A stretch of 64,000 nucleotides of DNA from Phycisphaerae bacterium. GTDB lineage: Bacteria > Planctomycetota > Phycisphaerae > UBA1845 > Fen-1342. Numbering within the stretch: position 1 is the stretch's first letter; the number at the start of each line of letters is the position of its first letter. The notes beneath the pieces were generated by a model that was not told the origin of the DNA, did no database searches, and saw nothing but the letters and a program-made list of their open reading frames with translations. The translations under genes and the position numbers were made by a program. Positions 8,518-18,077 of this stretch are shown piece after piece. The stretch is taken from NCBI GenBank assembly GCA_963675745.2, contig CAXXWX010000015.1, positions 128,001 through 192,000 on the forward strand. The letters are read 5' to 3'.

Positions 8518-11166
8518 ATGACAAACGAAGCCAATGCAAAACCAATCTCCTTCGCACTCAACGGGAAGGACGTGACGGCAAGCGTCGATCCGGCGCGTTC
8601 GCTGCTTAGCGTGCTGCGCGAAGAGCTTGGCGTCACGTCACCGAAGAATGGCTGCGAACCGCAGGGAGCGTGCGGTTGTTGCACGGTTCTGGTCGACGGC
8701 CGGCCATGGCTGGCGTGCAAGACGTCTATGACCAAGGTGGCGGGTCACCACGTTACCACGTTGGAGGGGCTTTCTGAGCGAGAGCGCCGCCAACTGGCCG
8801 ATTGCTTCGTCCGCAGCGGTGGATTGCAGTGCGGATTCTGCATCCCCGGCATCGCGGTGCGCGCGACGGCTCTGCTGAATCGCAATCCGACACCATCGCG
8901 CGCGGAAATCGTCCGCGAGCTTCGCGCTCACCTTTGCCGCTGCACTGGATACACCAAGATCATCGACGCCGTCGAGTTGCTCGCGCGCGTGCGCCAGGGC
9001 GCCGAGCTTCCCAGCCTCGAACAGAGCGGCAAGGTGGGCACACGGCTCGATCGGCACGGCGCCCGCGACCAGGTGCTCGGCGACTTTCAGTACGTTGATG
9101 ACATCCGGCCGCAGGGCGTGCTCTACGCCGGCCTGCGATTTGCTGATCATCCCCGCGCGGTCGTCAAGGCCATCGACGCATCCGCGGCGCAGGCCTGTGC
9201 CGGGGTGCGTCGTGTGATCACCGCGGCCGACGTGCCCGGCGAGCGCTACGTCGGCCTGATCGAGCGGGACTGGCCGGTCCTGGTGGCGATCGGCGAAGAA
9301 ACGCGTTGTATGGGCGACGTAATCGCGATTGTCATCGCTGACAACCAGCGTTTGGCACGCGCAGCGGCGGCGAAGTTGGTCGTGGAATACGACGTCCGCG
9401 AACCGGTGACCACGCCGGAAGCCGCGCTGAAGCAGGATGCTCCGCGCATTCACCCGTGCGGCAATCTGCTCTCGCATTCCAAGGTAAGACGCGGCACGAC
9501 GGAGAGCGCGCTGGCCGATTGCGCGCACGTCGTCGAGGAAACCTATACCACGCAACGCGTCGAACACATGTTCCTCGAACCCGAGGCGTGCGTTGCCGTC
9601 CCGCAATCAGACGGCTCGCGGTTGCACGTGTTCAGCCAGGGGCAGGGTGTGTTTGACGACCGCCGGCAGATTGCCGCGGTTCTCGGCTGGGAGGCCGAGC
9701 GCGTACACGTCGAGCTGCGCTCGACCGGCGGCGCGTTTGGCGGCAAGGAGGACCTGAGTATTCAGGCGCAGACGGCGCTTGGGGCCGTGCTGTGTGCGGC
9801 GCCGGTGAAGTGTACGCTCACGCGCGCTGAGAGCTTCCGGCTGCACCCTAAGCGTCACCCGATCAGGATACACATCAAGGTCGGCTGTGATGCAGAGGGG
9901 CACATCACCGGCGTGTGGGCCCGGATGATCGGTGACAAGGGCGCCTATGCCTCGGTCGGGGCCAAGGTGATCGAACGCGCCGCGGGGCACGCCGTCGGCC
10001 CCTACAAGGTCCCCAACGTGGATGTTGAGGCTCTCGGGGTGTACACGAACAATCCTCCCGGCGGCGCGATGCGCGGTTTCGGTGTGAACCAGGCCGCGTT
10101 CGCGATGGAGCGCTCGCTTGATCGGCTCGCCGGCAAGGTCGGGATAAGCGGCTGGGAGATGCGCTGGCGCAACGTGCTCGACGTCGGCGACCGCTTCTGC
10201 ACGGGGGAGATACTCGACAAGCCGTTTGGACTCAAACGCACGCTCCTGGCCGTGAAGGACGCGTACAACGCCGCGAAATACGCGGGCATCGCCTGCGGGA
10301 TCAAGAACATCGGCATGGGCAACGGTCTGGTCGATGAGGGCAAGGCGGTGATGCGGGTCGAATCACCCCGGCGCATCACTATCCGTACCGGCTTCACTGA
10401 GATGGGGCAGGGATATTTCACCGTCTGCGTGCAGGCCGCCTGCGAGGAAACCGGCCTGCCGCCGGACGTTTTTGCACCGCTAACTGACACGTCGGCTGAC
10501 GTTAACTGTGGTCAGACAACCTCCAGCCGCGCCACGGTGCTGGGCGGAATGGCCGTCAAGCGCGCCGCGACCGCCTTGCGCGCACAACTGGACGCCGGCA
10601 ACTCGCTGGAGGACCTGGTCGGCCGTGAGTTTCGCGGCGAGTACACCTGCGCCCCCACCAGCCCGCCCGACGCGACGGACCCCGAACCGAGAGTTCACCT
10701 GACCTACGGCTATGCCACGCAAGTGGTGATCCTCAATGATGATGGCAGCATGCGAAAGGTGATTGCCGCCCACGACGTCGGTCGGGTCATAAATCCCACC
10801 TTGCTCGAAGGACAGATCGAAGGCGCGATTCACATGGGGCTCGGGTATGCGCTGACGGAAGAGCTGGTGGTCCAGCGTGGCGAACTCCAGAGCCGGACCG
10901 TCAGATCGCTCAACATTCTCCGGGCCCATCATATGCCCGAGGTTGAGTGCGTTTTCATCGAAGTGCAGGACCCTGAGACAGTCTATGGCGCCCGTGGTGC
11001 GGGTGAAATCGGTCTGGTGCCGACGGCTCCCGCCGTGGCCGCGGCCCTGGAGGCGTACGACGGTATTCACCGCACGAGCCTGCCGATGCGCGATTCCCCC
11101 GCCGCCCGGGCAATCCTGAAATCAAAGGGGCCTCGACGACTAAAATCAGAGTCTGAGTGTAAATGA
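8518..11166 (+). CDS. xdh: Xanthine dehydrogenase-family Mo-hydroxylase (2Fe-2S plus Mo-binding domains; resembles the selenium-dependent Xdh type)
   Basis: KNGCEPQGACGCCTV, QCGFCIPG, LCRCTGY, GGAFGGKE, AMRGFG, EMGQG, GAGEIG; no FAD domain. Confidence 0.88.
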   Translation: MTNEANAKPISFALNGKDVTASVDPARSLLSVLREELGVTSPKNGCEPQGACGCCTVLVDGRPWLACKTSMTKVAGHHVTTLEGLSERERRQLADCFVRSGGLQCGFCIPGIAVRATALLNRNPTPSRAEIVRELRAHLCRCTGYTKIIDAVELLARVRQGAELPSLEQSGKVGTRLDRHGARDQVLGDFQYVDDIRPQGVLYAGLRFADHPRAVVKAIDASAAQACAGVRRVITAADVPGERYVGLIERDWPVLVAIGEETRCMGDVIAIVIADNQRLARAAAAKLVVEYDVREPVTTPEAALKQDAPRIHPCGNLLSHSKVRRGTTESALADCAHVVEETYTTQRVEHMFLEPEACVAVPQSDGSRLHVFSQGQGVFDDRRQIAAVLGWEAERVHVELRSTGGAFGGKEDLSIQAQTALGAVLCAAPVKCTLTRAESFRLHPKRHPIRIHIKVGCDAEGHITGVWARMIGDKGAYASVGAKVIERAAGHAVGPYKVPNVDVEALGVYTNNPPGGAMRGFGVNQAAFAMERSLDRLAGKVGISGWEMRWRNVLDVGDRFCTGEILDKPFGLKRTLLAVKDAYNAAKYAGIACGIKNIGMGNGLVDEGKAVMRVESPRRITIRTGFTEMGQGYFTVCVQAACEETGLPPDVFAPLTDTSADVNCGQTTSSRATVLGGMAVKRAATALRAQLDAGNSLEDLVGREFRGEYTCAPTSPPDATDPEPRVHLTYGYATQVVILNDDGSMRKVIAAHDVGRVINPTLLEGQIEGAIHMGLGYALTEELVVQRGELQSRTVRSLNILRAHHMPEVECVFIEVQDPETVYGARGAGEIGLVPTAPAVAAALEAYDGIHRTSLPMRDSPAARAILKSKGPRRLKSESECK

Positions 11167-11271
11167 CGGGACAGATGCACAGAACTCGAATCGCTACCGA
11201 CAGGTGTCATGCACGGGTAGCATGGCAGGTCAGCAGCGTAAACGCCGTCATCAGCTCCGCGCGGTGCTGTA

Positions 11272-12204
11272 ATGAGTGAACTGATTCCACTACTTGAGAC
11301 ACTCGTCACCGATGCCGACGCGGGGCGCGACGTTGCCCTGTGCGTCGTGGCCGAGACCAGGGGATCCACGCCGCGCGCTCCCGGGGCGGCGATGCTGGTG
11401 CGCGCGGACCAGAGCACGCAGGGCACGCTGGGGGGCGGGTGTGTCGAAGCTGATACCGCCCGGCAGGCTTTCCAAATGCTGCGCAGCGGTCAGTCCGGCC
11501 TGCTGGAGTTCAAGCTCGATAGTGACGACGCCTGGGATGACGGGTTGATTTGTGGTGGAAACATGACGATCGCCGTCACGCCTGTCCGCGCTGGCACGGA
11601 TCTTACGTGCTATCGAGAGGCGCTCGCGCTGGCGGCCGAACGCGAGCCGGCCCAGTTCCCGGTTCACGTGGAGCACAGCGGTGCGGCGCGGGAGTATCGC
11701 ATACACGTCGAGGTGGCGCCGCAGCTGGTGATCGCCGGTGCCGGCCACGTCGGACAGGCTGTGGCCCAGCTTGCCGTCGGGCTCGATTTTGACGTAATCG
11801 TGATTGACGACCGCGCCGATTTCGCCACCTCGACGCGCTTTGATCAGCGGGTGCGGCTGATCGCCGACGATATTGCGCGGACGCTGCGCAACTACGCGCT
11901 GGACGCCGACAGCTATGTTGTGATTGTCACGCGCGGACATCGCCATGATCATCAGGCACTTGACGCGGTCATTCGGCGTGACGCGGCATATATCGGCCTG
12001 ATCGGCAGCCGGCGCAAATCGCGAATGATTCTCAAGGCCCTTGCCGAAGCCGGCGTTGCCCCCGCACGTATCGAAGCAGTCCACACGCCGATCGGTCTGC
12101 CGATTGGCGCGGTCACCGTGCCGGAGATCGCGGTCAGCATCGTAGCGGAGCTTGTCAAGGTGCGGCGCGCGCGGCTACCGACGCTGGTTGAAAGAGTGGT
12201 GTAG
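11272..12204 (+). CDS. xdhC: XdhC/CoxI family Moco chaperone
   Basis: GSTPRAPGA, GTLGGGCVE, ICGG, AGAGHVG, VTRGH, YIGLIGSRRK, PIGLPIGA. Confidence 0.9.
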   Translation: MSELIPLLETLVTDADAGRDVALCVVAETRGSTPRAPGAAMLVRADQSTQGTLGGGCVEADTARQAFQMLRSGQSGLLEFKLDSDDAWDDGLICGGNMTIAVTPVRAGTDLTCYREALALAAEREPAQFPVHVEHSGAAREYRIHVEVAPQLVIAGAGHVGQAVAQLAVGLDFDVIVIDDRADFATSTRFDQRVRLIADDIARTLRNYALDADSYVVIVTRGHRHDHQALDAVIRRDAAYIGLIGSRRKSRMILKALAEAGVAPARIEAVHTPIGLPIGAVTVPEIAVSIVAELVKVRRARLPTLVERVV

Positions 12205-12255
12205 GACCAGGCGACGCGTGCCGCGTCCGGCTGCCACACTATGAGGCAGGATGTT

Positions 12256-15105
12256 CTACGGTCGCAGCAGAATAAGATTGCCCAACGCCTGCGGGGCGTA
12301 GCAGTGCCCGCGCGCGGCAGACCAGGAGCTGTACTCGCCACGGCGCGCATCGAGCCTGGTTATGTTCAGACCCCAGATGCGGTTGCGTTGGGCCTGCGGG
12401 CCGAACGCATCGAGCGGCAAGGCTAGTTCGACCGTCCAGGCGTCGGTGCCGTGCGTGACCGAGACGCGCGCCCGCGCATTCCAGGGCTCGACCGGCCCCA
12501 CGGGGGGATCAGTGGGACAGCCGCGATATGTCCGCAGCAGCCCGCTGGGCTTGACCTGAATGAGGTTCAGATCGCCGGAAGTTCCGGTCAACGCGTTTTC
12601 CGGGCTGATGATGATCTCGACGGTGTCCTGCCCCCACGGCACGATGCCATCGAGCGGTACGGCACTATCGGTCAGCCACTGGGCGCGGTGCCCCGGTTCG
12701 AGCGTGCAGCGCACGGCGATATACAAGTGCTCGTCGTCGAGCGCGAAATAGGCGCGCGTGGGCATACTCGGCTCGTACGGATTGGCGACCTCGTCAACGG
12801 AGCGGCGACCGCGGCAGAGCTGGAAATCGCCGGCGGCATTGTTAACCCCGAGCGGCCAGTCGGAGAGGTCACCGTCAATCCGGGGCGGACGGTCCACCCG
12901 TGGAGCCGACGCGACGGCCAGCCGGGCCCGCGACACGAACTCGCCGGCTTCTCGCGTGTCAAACGCCACGTCGAACGGATACGCCCCGTCGGCATTGTAT
13001 GCCAGACCGACCAGGGCCAGCTCCATTGCCGTCTGACGGTGCGCGCCGGCCGGCACGTCGAGTGGCGGGGCTTCCACCAGTTCCCATCCGGGTGGCAACG
13101 TCGGCAACCCCCATTCGCCGTGTACTCCATGCCGCGTGGTGTTGCGCGCCCCGACAAAGACACGCGCCCGCAACCCTTCCGGATCATCCACCAGCCGCAC
13201 GCCGCCCGGAATGATGCGGATTCCCGCGGCCTGCGTCAGCAGAAGCTGCCAGCGGGCCAGGTTGGCCGTCTGTTGCGATTGTCCGGCGCTGGTGGGCTCA
13301 AAGAGATTGACCAGCTCCTGCAACATGACCTCGCGGGCCAGTTGGAATGTGGCCTCATCGTCGGACCAACCCGCCGGCAGGCAACTCAGCAGATGTTCGC
13401 GGCATGCATCCGTGCCGGCGTACTGCACCAACTGAGCGGCCAGTTGGTCCGCCAACGCGCTCTTGCCGTGTCGCCTCAACAGCGCCAGCAGCTCATAGTC
13501 CAACAGCGCGCGTCGCAGCAGCTTGAGTCGAACGGATGGCACGGGGCGATCGCGCAACCCATATGCGCTGCCGGGGTAGATGAGTGCCTCATGCGAAACC
13601 GGGTGGTTGAACTCGGCGGCGTGTTCGACCCACAGCGCATCACAGCCGTAGCGATATGCGAGCCAGGCCAGGGAGCGCACATCGTTGGCCGGCGCCTCGG
13701 GCGCCAGCGAACCGCTGTATGGTGGATACGCCGGCAACAGCCAGGCCTCGCGACCCAGATTCTGTTCGAGCGCCAGGGCCTTTGGCTCGAACCAGGTGGC
13801 CGGCGGGGCCCACACGTCCACCTCGCCCGCGTTGATCTCCGGCGCATTGACCCAGCCGAGTCCACGTAGTGACTTCGGCGGCAGGTGGGCTACGAGTCGG
13901 GCCTCGATGTCCTGGGCGCGCATCATGGCGCTCACGCGGCGCACCCTCTCGACGTAGGCCGTAGTGAGCGCGCCGGGAGGGCACGGGCGCACGAATGCTC
14001 GCTCGGCCCAGCCGCGCTCCGTGAAGTGCTCGTGGCAGGCACGCAGGTACGCGCCGAACAGGGCGGCATAGCCGGGGGACATTATGCCATCGTTGCGCGC
14101 CGCCGCGGGATAGTTGAGCGACAGCGGCAGAGGCCAGTGACTGGTGGCGACCCGGTCCGCGTAGGCGCTGCCATCCAGCCACCCGCCAACCAGCGCATCG
14201 TACATCGTCCAGTCGATTGAGACGGTGCGCGCATCGATGGGACGGTACTTTGGAAACGAGGCCCACAGAACTGGCGTCGCGCGGTGGCTGTGGAACAGCT
14301 CCATGGTCGCGCCGACCAGCTCGAGTGCATCAGCATGCGCGGGCTCATCGGGCAGCAACAAGGTCTCTTCAGCCGAGGTCGGCGGCCAATCGTGGTGCGC
14401 GCTGAGCAGGTCGCGCGGATCAATGCGGCATAGCAGCGGGAAGGCCCGCTGGTCCGGGATGGCGACCGGTAGCACCTGGAGCGTGATGTCGGCCTCGTAA
14501 AGTGCGTTCGACCCGCGCGAGACCACGCGCAGCTTGCCCGCAAACTCGCCCGGCTCCGTCGTCGCCGGCACGTGCAGGTCCACCCAGATGGTCTCGGCGG
14601 CGCTGTTGCTCAATCTGATCGGTCCGCCGCCGCGCGGAGCATCCCAAGGCACCAGGATGTCCGGGAAGCGTGTCGGAATGCTGGGACGCGAGGTGTGATC
14701 GGGATACCAACTGCGGAAATCACTGACCTGCACCGAGTGTACGCGGTAGAGCGTCAGGCTGTCGCGGGGGACGATGCTGTCGCCGGTCGCGCTCGCCAGC
14801 GGTGTTATTTCCAGATCCAGCGGCCCCAGCGGCGGCTGGTCGCACTGAAGCATGACTTGAAACGCGATGGTTTCGTTGATCGCCGCAGTCAGCGTGACTT
14901 CCCGGCGTTCATTGGAGAACGTGTTGCTCTCCAAGCGTGGCGGCGTGTCCGCGAGGATGTGCGTGTCACCGTCGGCGACCCAGACCGACAGCGACCGGGC
15001 CCCGATCTCGGCGCAACCAACGCCGGCCAGCAAAAGCATGCCCGCTGACAGCGACACAATCCGGCAGAGGCATCTACCCGTTGCGACCCGCGCTATTCGC
15101 GCCAT
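12256..15105 (-). CDS. Large lipoprotein with GH123/DUF4091-like core and C-terminal CBM9-like sugar-binding domain
   Basis: Lipobox LAGVGC; NETIAFQV, WVDLHVP, PSVRLKLLR; C-terminal PRIDGDLSDW and WTVELALP. Start chosen at MARIARV. Confidence 0.65.
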   Translation of the reverse strand: MARIARVATGRCLCRIVSLSAGMLLLAGVGCAEIGARSLSVWVADGDTHILADTPPRLESNTFSNERREVTLTAAINETIAFQVMLQCDQPPLGPLDLEITPLASATGDSIVPRDSLTLYRVHSVQVSDFRSWYPDHTSRPSIPTRFPDILVPWDAPRGGGPIRLSNSAAETIWVDLHVPATTEPGEFAGKLRVVSRGSNALYEADITLQVLPVAIPDQRAFPLLCRIDPRDLLSAHHDWPPTSAEETLLLPDEPAHADALELVGATMELFHSHRATPVLWASFPKYRPIDARTVSIDWTMYDALVGGWLDGSAYADRVATSHWPLPLSLNYPAAARNDGIMSPGYAALFGAYLRACHEHFTERGWAERAFVRPCPPGALTTAYVERVRRVSAMMRAQDIEARLVAHLPPKSLRGLGWVNAPEINAGEVDVWAPPATWFEPKALALEQNLGREAWLLPAYPPYSGSLAPEAPANDVRSLAWLAYRYGCDALWVEHAAEFNHPVSHEALIYPGSAYGLRDRPVPSVRLKLLRRALLDYELLALLRRHGKSALADQLAAQLVQYAGTDACREHLLSCLPAGWSDDEATFQLAREVMLQELVNLFEPTSAGQSQQTANLARWQLLLTQAAGIRIIPGGVRLVDDPEGLRARVFVGARNTTRHGVHGEWGLPTLPPGWELVEAPPLDVPAGAHRQTAMELALVGLAYNADGAYPFDVAFDTREAGEFVSRARLAVASAPRVDRPPRIDGDLSDWPLGVNNAAGDFQLCRGRRSVDEVANPYEPSMPTRAYFALDDEHLYIAVRCTLEPGHRAQWLTDSAVPLDGIVPWGQDTVEIIISPENALTGTSGDLNLIQVKPSGLLRTYRGCPTDPPVGPVEPWNARARVSVTHGTDAWTVELALPLDAFGPQAQRNRIWGLNITRLDARRGEYSSWSAARGHCYAPQALGNLILLRP

Positions 15106-16118
15106 CCCTGGACCTCGTAGAGTTTCCGCGGAACCTCCGGATGCCACGTACGCGCGGACAGGTAGATTGTCTCGAGCAGCGCGGCGACGGCCACGTGCCG
15201 GTGGAGTGTTTTCGTCGCCGCCTCGCGCGCCGGCCGTCCGGTCAGCGACCGCGCGAATTGTGCCAGGTCGGCGTCGAGCATATCCGTCGCGAACGGTCTC
15301 TCGACGAGCATCTCGCCGTCCAGATCGGTAATGCTGATGGCATGGGGCGTGATCTTGACGGTGTGGGCGGCGCCGTGGTGCAGCGTGTATTGCTCGTGCG
15401 GGTGTATGTCCCAACTGGCGCGAACGGATACCACGCCGCCGCCTTCGTAGCGGAAAACCGCCAGCGCGACATCCTCGGTTTCGCGGGCGGCCTCGCCGGG
15501 GTGCCGTCGAAACCTGCCGGTGGTCGCGGATACATTGTCAGGCAGGCCGCGCATGGCGATCAGGGCTTCGAGCATGGGATAGGCGTCGAGCGTCATCACG
15601 CCCCCGCCGGCATCGATGGTCCCGGCGCGCCAAGAGTGAATCGAGGGCCCCGACGCCGCCACCACGATATCCGTATAGCGCGGCTTGAAATCGTCGAGGG
15701 TCTGCAAGGCCTCACGAATAGGCGCGCGCACGTGGTCCCACCACGACATGACGCGATAGACCCGGGGGCGCTGTTCGACGGCCGTCACCAGTTGCGTCGC
15801 CTCGGCGAAGTTGCGCGCCAGCGGCGGCGTGCGCCAGACCGACAGGCCGTATGTGCCCGCGGTTTCGTCAAGGTCGATCGCGGCGCGCGTCGAGGTGGCC
15901 AACACCAACGCGTCAAGCTTGGATTGAGTGATCATCACGCGGCGGTCGTCAAACCACTCGACATCCGCCGGCACTTCCAGGGCCGCGCCCGACGTCGCGA
16001 CCAGGTGCCAGTTCGGCGACGAGCTCAGCAGGCGAACCAGCGTCGGCCCCTGCTCCTCATCAGCCACCAGGCCCACGCGCGGCGGGCCTTCATCCGAAGC
16101 GTTGTCGGCTGCGCTCAT
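15093..16118 (-). CDS. Gfo/Idh/MocA-family oxidoreductase-like protein (degenerate)
   Basis: KLDALVLAT, AGGGVMTLDAY, ETEDVALAVFRYEGG; canonical GxGxxG and EKP motifs are not intact. Confidence 0.7.
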   Translation of the reverse strand: MSAADNASDEGPPRVGLVADEEQGPTLVRLLSSSPNWHLVATSGAALEVPADVEWFDDRRVMITQSKLDALVLATSTRAAIDLDETAGTYGLSVWRTPPLARNFAEATQLVTAVEQRPRVYRVMSWWDHVRAPIREALQTLDDFKPRYTDIVVAASGPSIHSWRAGTIDAGGGVMTLDAYPMLEALIAMRGLPDNVSATTGRFRRHPGEAARETEDVALAVFRYEGGGVVSVRASWDIHPHEQYTLHHGAAHTVKITPHAISITDLDGEMLVERPFATDMLDADLAQFARSLTGRPAREAATKTLHRHVAVAALLETIYLSARTWHPEVPRKLYEVQGWRE

Positions 16119-16262
16119 GGTCGTATAATCGCTCCCGATCGTGGCGCGGAAGCGGGCTTGTCTCGCCGCGCCCGCTTGGCCCGTATCGTAGCCTACATTT
16201 TGCGCACACCGGAGCGATTGTGCCACCTCCGTGCGGACTTCAACTTCGGATCGGAGCCGGCG

Positions 16263-17147
16263 TTGAACGCGGACCAGCCAAGCTTGCTGACCACCGACCT
16301 GCCCAATCTGCTGCAGCGCGGCAAAGTCCGCGACATCTACGACCTCGGCCAGTCGCTGATGATCGTCGCCACCGATCGCATATCGGCGTTCGACGTCGTG
16401 ATGAACGAGGCCATACCGGGCAAGGGTGTCGTGCTGACGCGCATGTCGGAGTTCTGGCTGCGCCGACTGACGGCGTGCCGGCCACATCACCTGGACTATG
16501 TCGTCGATGATGATCACATGCCGGGTGGTTACGAGGAGCACCTGGATGTTCTGCGCGGCCGCGCGATGGTCTGCCGCAAGGCCCGCGCGTTGCCGATCGA
16601 GTGTGTCGTGCGCGGGTACATCATCGGCGGCGGTTGGCGCGAGTATGAGGAAACCGGGGCCGTGAGCGGCATTTCGCTGCCGCCGGGCCTGCGGCGCGCT
16701 CAGCAACTTGCCGAGCCGCTCTTCACGCCGAGCACCAAGGCCACCGACGGGCACGACGAGCCGGTGTCGTTCGAGCGCGCGTGCAATATTGTCGGTCGCG
16801 AGTTGATGACGCAGGCATGCGACCGTGCCCAGGCGATCTACGCCGAAGGGGCGCGCTACGCGGCGACACGCGGTATCATCATCGCCGATACCAAGTTCGA
16901 GTTCGGCATCTGCGACGGCGAGCTGATCCTCATCGACGAGGTGTTGACGCCGGATTCATCGCGCTTCTGGCCGGCCGACGGCTACAAGGTTGGCGCAGAC
17001 CCGCCGAGCTTCGACAAACAGTTCGTCCGCGACTATCTGAGCGGCCTGACGTGGAACAAAGAGCCGCCACCACCGCCGCTGCCGCCGAATATCATCGCGC
17101 AGACACAGGCCAAATACACCGAAGCGCTCGAACGGCTGACTGCATAG
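16263..17147 (+). CDS. purC: Phosphoribosylaminoimidazole-succinocarboxamide synthase
   Basis: RGKVRDIY, ATDRISAFD, IECVVRGY, FTPSTKA, DTKFEFG, DEVLTPDSSRFW, SFDKQFVRD; TTG start after GGAG. Confidence 0.95.
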   Translation: MNADQPSLLTTDLPNLLQRGKVRDIYDLGQSLMIVATDRISAFDVVMNEAIPGKGVVLTRMSEFWLRRLTACRPHHLDYVVDDDHMPGGYEEHLDVLRGRAMVCRKARALPIECVVRGYIIGGGWREYEETGAVSGISLPPGLRRAQQLAEPLFTPSTKATDGHDEPVSFERACNIVGRELMTQACDRAQAIYAEGARYAATRGIIIADTKFEFGICDGELILIDEVLTPDSSRFWPADGYKVGADPPSFDKQFVRDYLSGLTWNKEPPPPPLPPNIIAQTQAKYTEALERLTA

Positions 17148-17276
17148 CATAGCCGCAACCACACTTCGGCATCCGACGGACACAGTTCCGGCGCGACTTG
17201 GCCACCAGATACGCGATCCAAACCCGGGACTGCGGGCTGGGCTGAGTTTATCTCAACGCCCCGTGGGATTTGCCTG

Positions 17277-17816
17277 CTACGTTGTCTCGGTCTCGGAGGC
17301 TGCGGCTTCCTTGTCCGCATCGGCCTCACCGAGCGGGATGCAGGAACGGTGCTCGACCGGTTTCGCATCGTGATCGTAGCCGAGCAACTGCTCACTGAGT
17401 TCGCCGTCGCTCTCCATCACGGTGCAGGGCGGGGTCACAACGGCACTGACCGGGAGCATCAGGTAGTTCAGCGTGAAACGCGCGTAGCAGTATGGAACGG
17501 CTACCCAATCCTCCCAGCCCAGGCGGTAGCGATAGGTCGTGCCCTTGTCCTCAAACGGATCTTCCATGTAGAGCGGCCCGTGTGTAACCGCCGGGGCACT
17601 CGGCGCGATGGTGCGTTGATCCCAGCCGCGCGAGCGTGGCTCGGCGGCGGCATAACGCGCCTTGATGTCCGCCGAGGTGGGCGACTCGCCGGAGTGCTGC
17701 GCCGCCGGACTGTCGTCAACGTACATCTTCGGCATCTGCGAGCAGCCGACGCCAACACAAGCAATGAGGGCGATCAGTGGGATGACGGCGGGTGTGGCGA
17801 GTTTCGGTTTGAACAT
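17277..17816 (-). CDS. Hypothetical lipoprotein
   Basis: GGAG RBS, signal peptide ending VGVGC, HGPLYMEDPFED motif. Confidence 0.7.
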   Translation of the reverse strand: MFKPKLATPAVIPLIALIACVGVGCSQMPKMYVDDSPAAQHSGESPTSADIKARYAAAEPRSRGWDQRTIAPSAPAVTHGPLYMEDPFEDKGTTYRYRLGWEDWVAVPYCYARFTLNYLMLPVSAVVTPPCTVMESDGELSEQLLGYDHDAKPVEHRSCIPLGEADADKEAAASETETT

Positions 17817-17918
17817 CAACAAGTCTCCGCGCGATGCGCCAGTGTGTCGAGTTTGTTGCGTAGGTAGTGTGGCACGGCGGACGGTCGTGTGCAAGTGACG
17901 AGGGAGAAAGGCGGCAGA

Positions 17919-18077
17919 AGGCAACAGGAGGCAACAGGAGGCAACTAGGCATCAAGGCAACGAGGCAACGAGGCAAAAAGGGGAAACGGACAAAAAAAAG
18001 GCGCGCCGGCCGAACTCTGTTGCCTAGGTGCCTCGTTGCCTTGTTGCCTTGTTGCCTCTCTTCCTGCCTTGTTGCCT
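17919..18077. repeat. Inverted array of ~8-bp AGGCAAC(N) repeats (7 + 7 units)
   Basis: Left arm 17919-17978 (aggcaacagg x2, aggcaact, aggcatca, aggcaacg x2, aggcaaaa); right arm 18018-18077 (tgttgcct-type units). Confidence 0.9.

Noticed and set aside
8518..11166. Selenocysteine recoding in the xdh cluster
   Set aside because: No in-frame TGA interrupts any cluster gene; the terminal TGA codons follow complete domains.
14937..16262. Long N-terminal extension of PurC (736-aa ORF)
   Set aside because: It is the antisense shadow of the Gfo/Idh/MocA-like gene; PurC similarity and an RBS begin at 16263.
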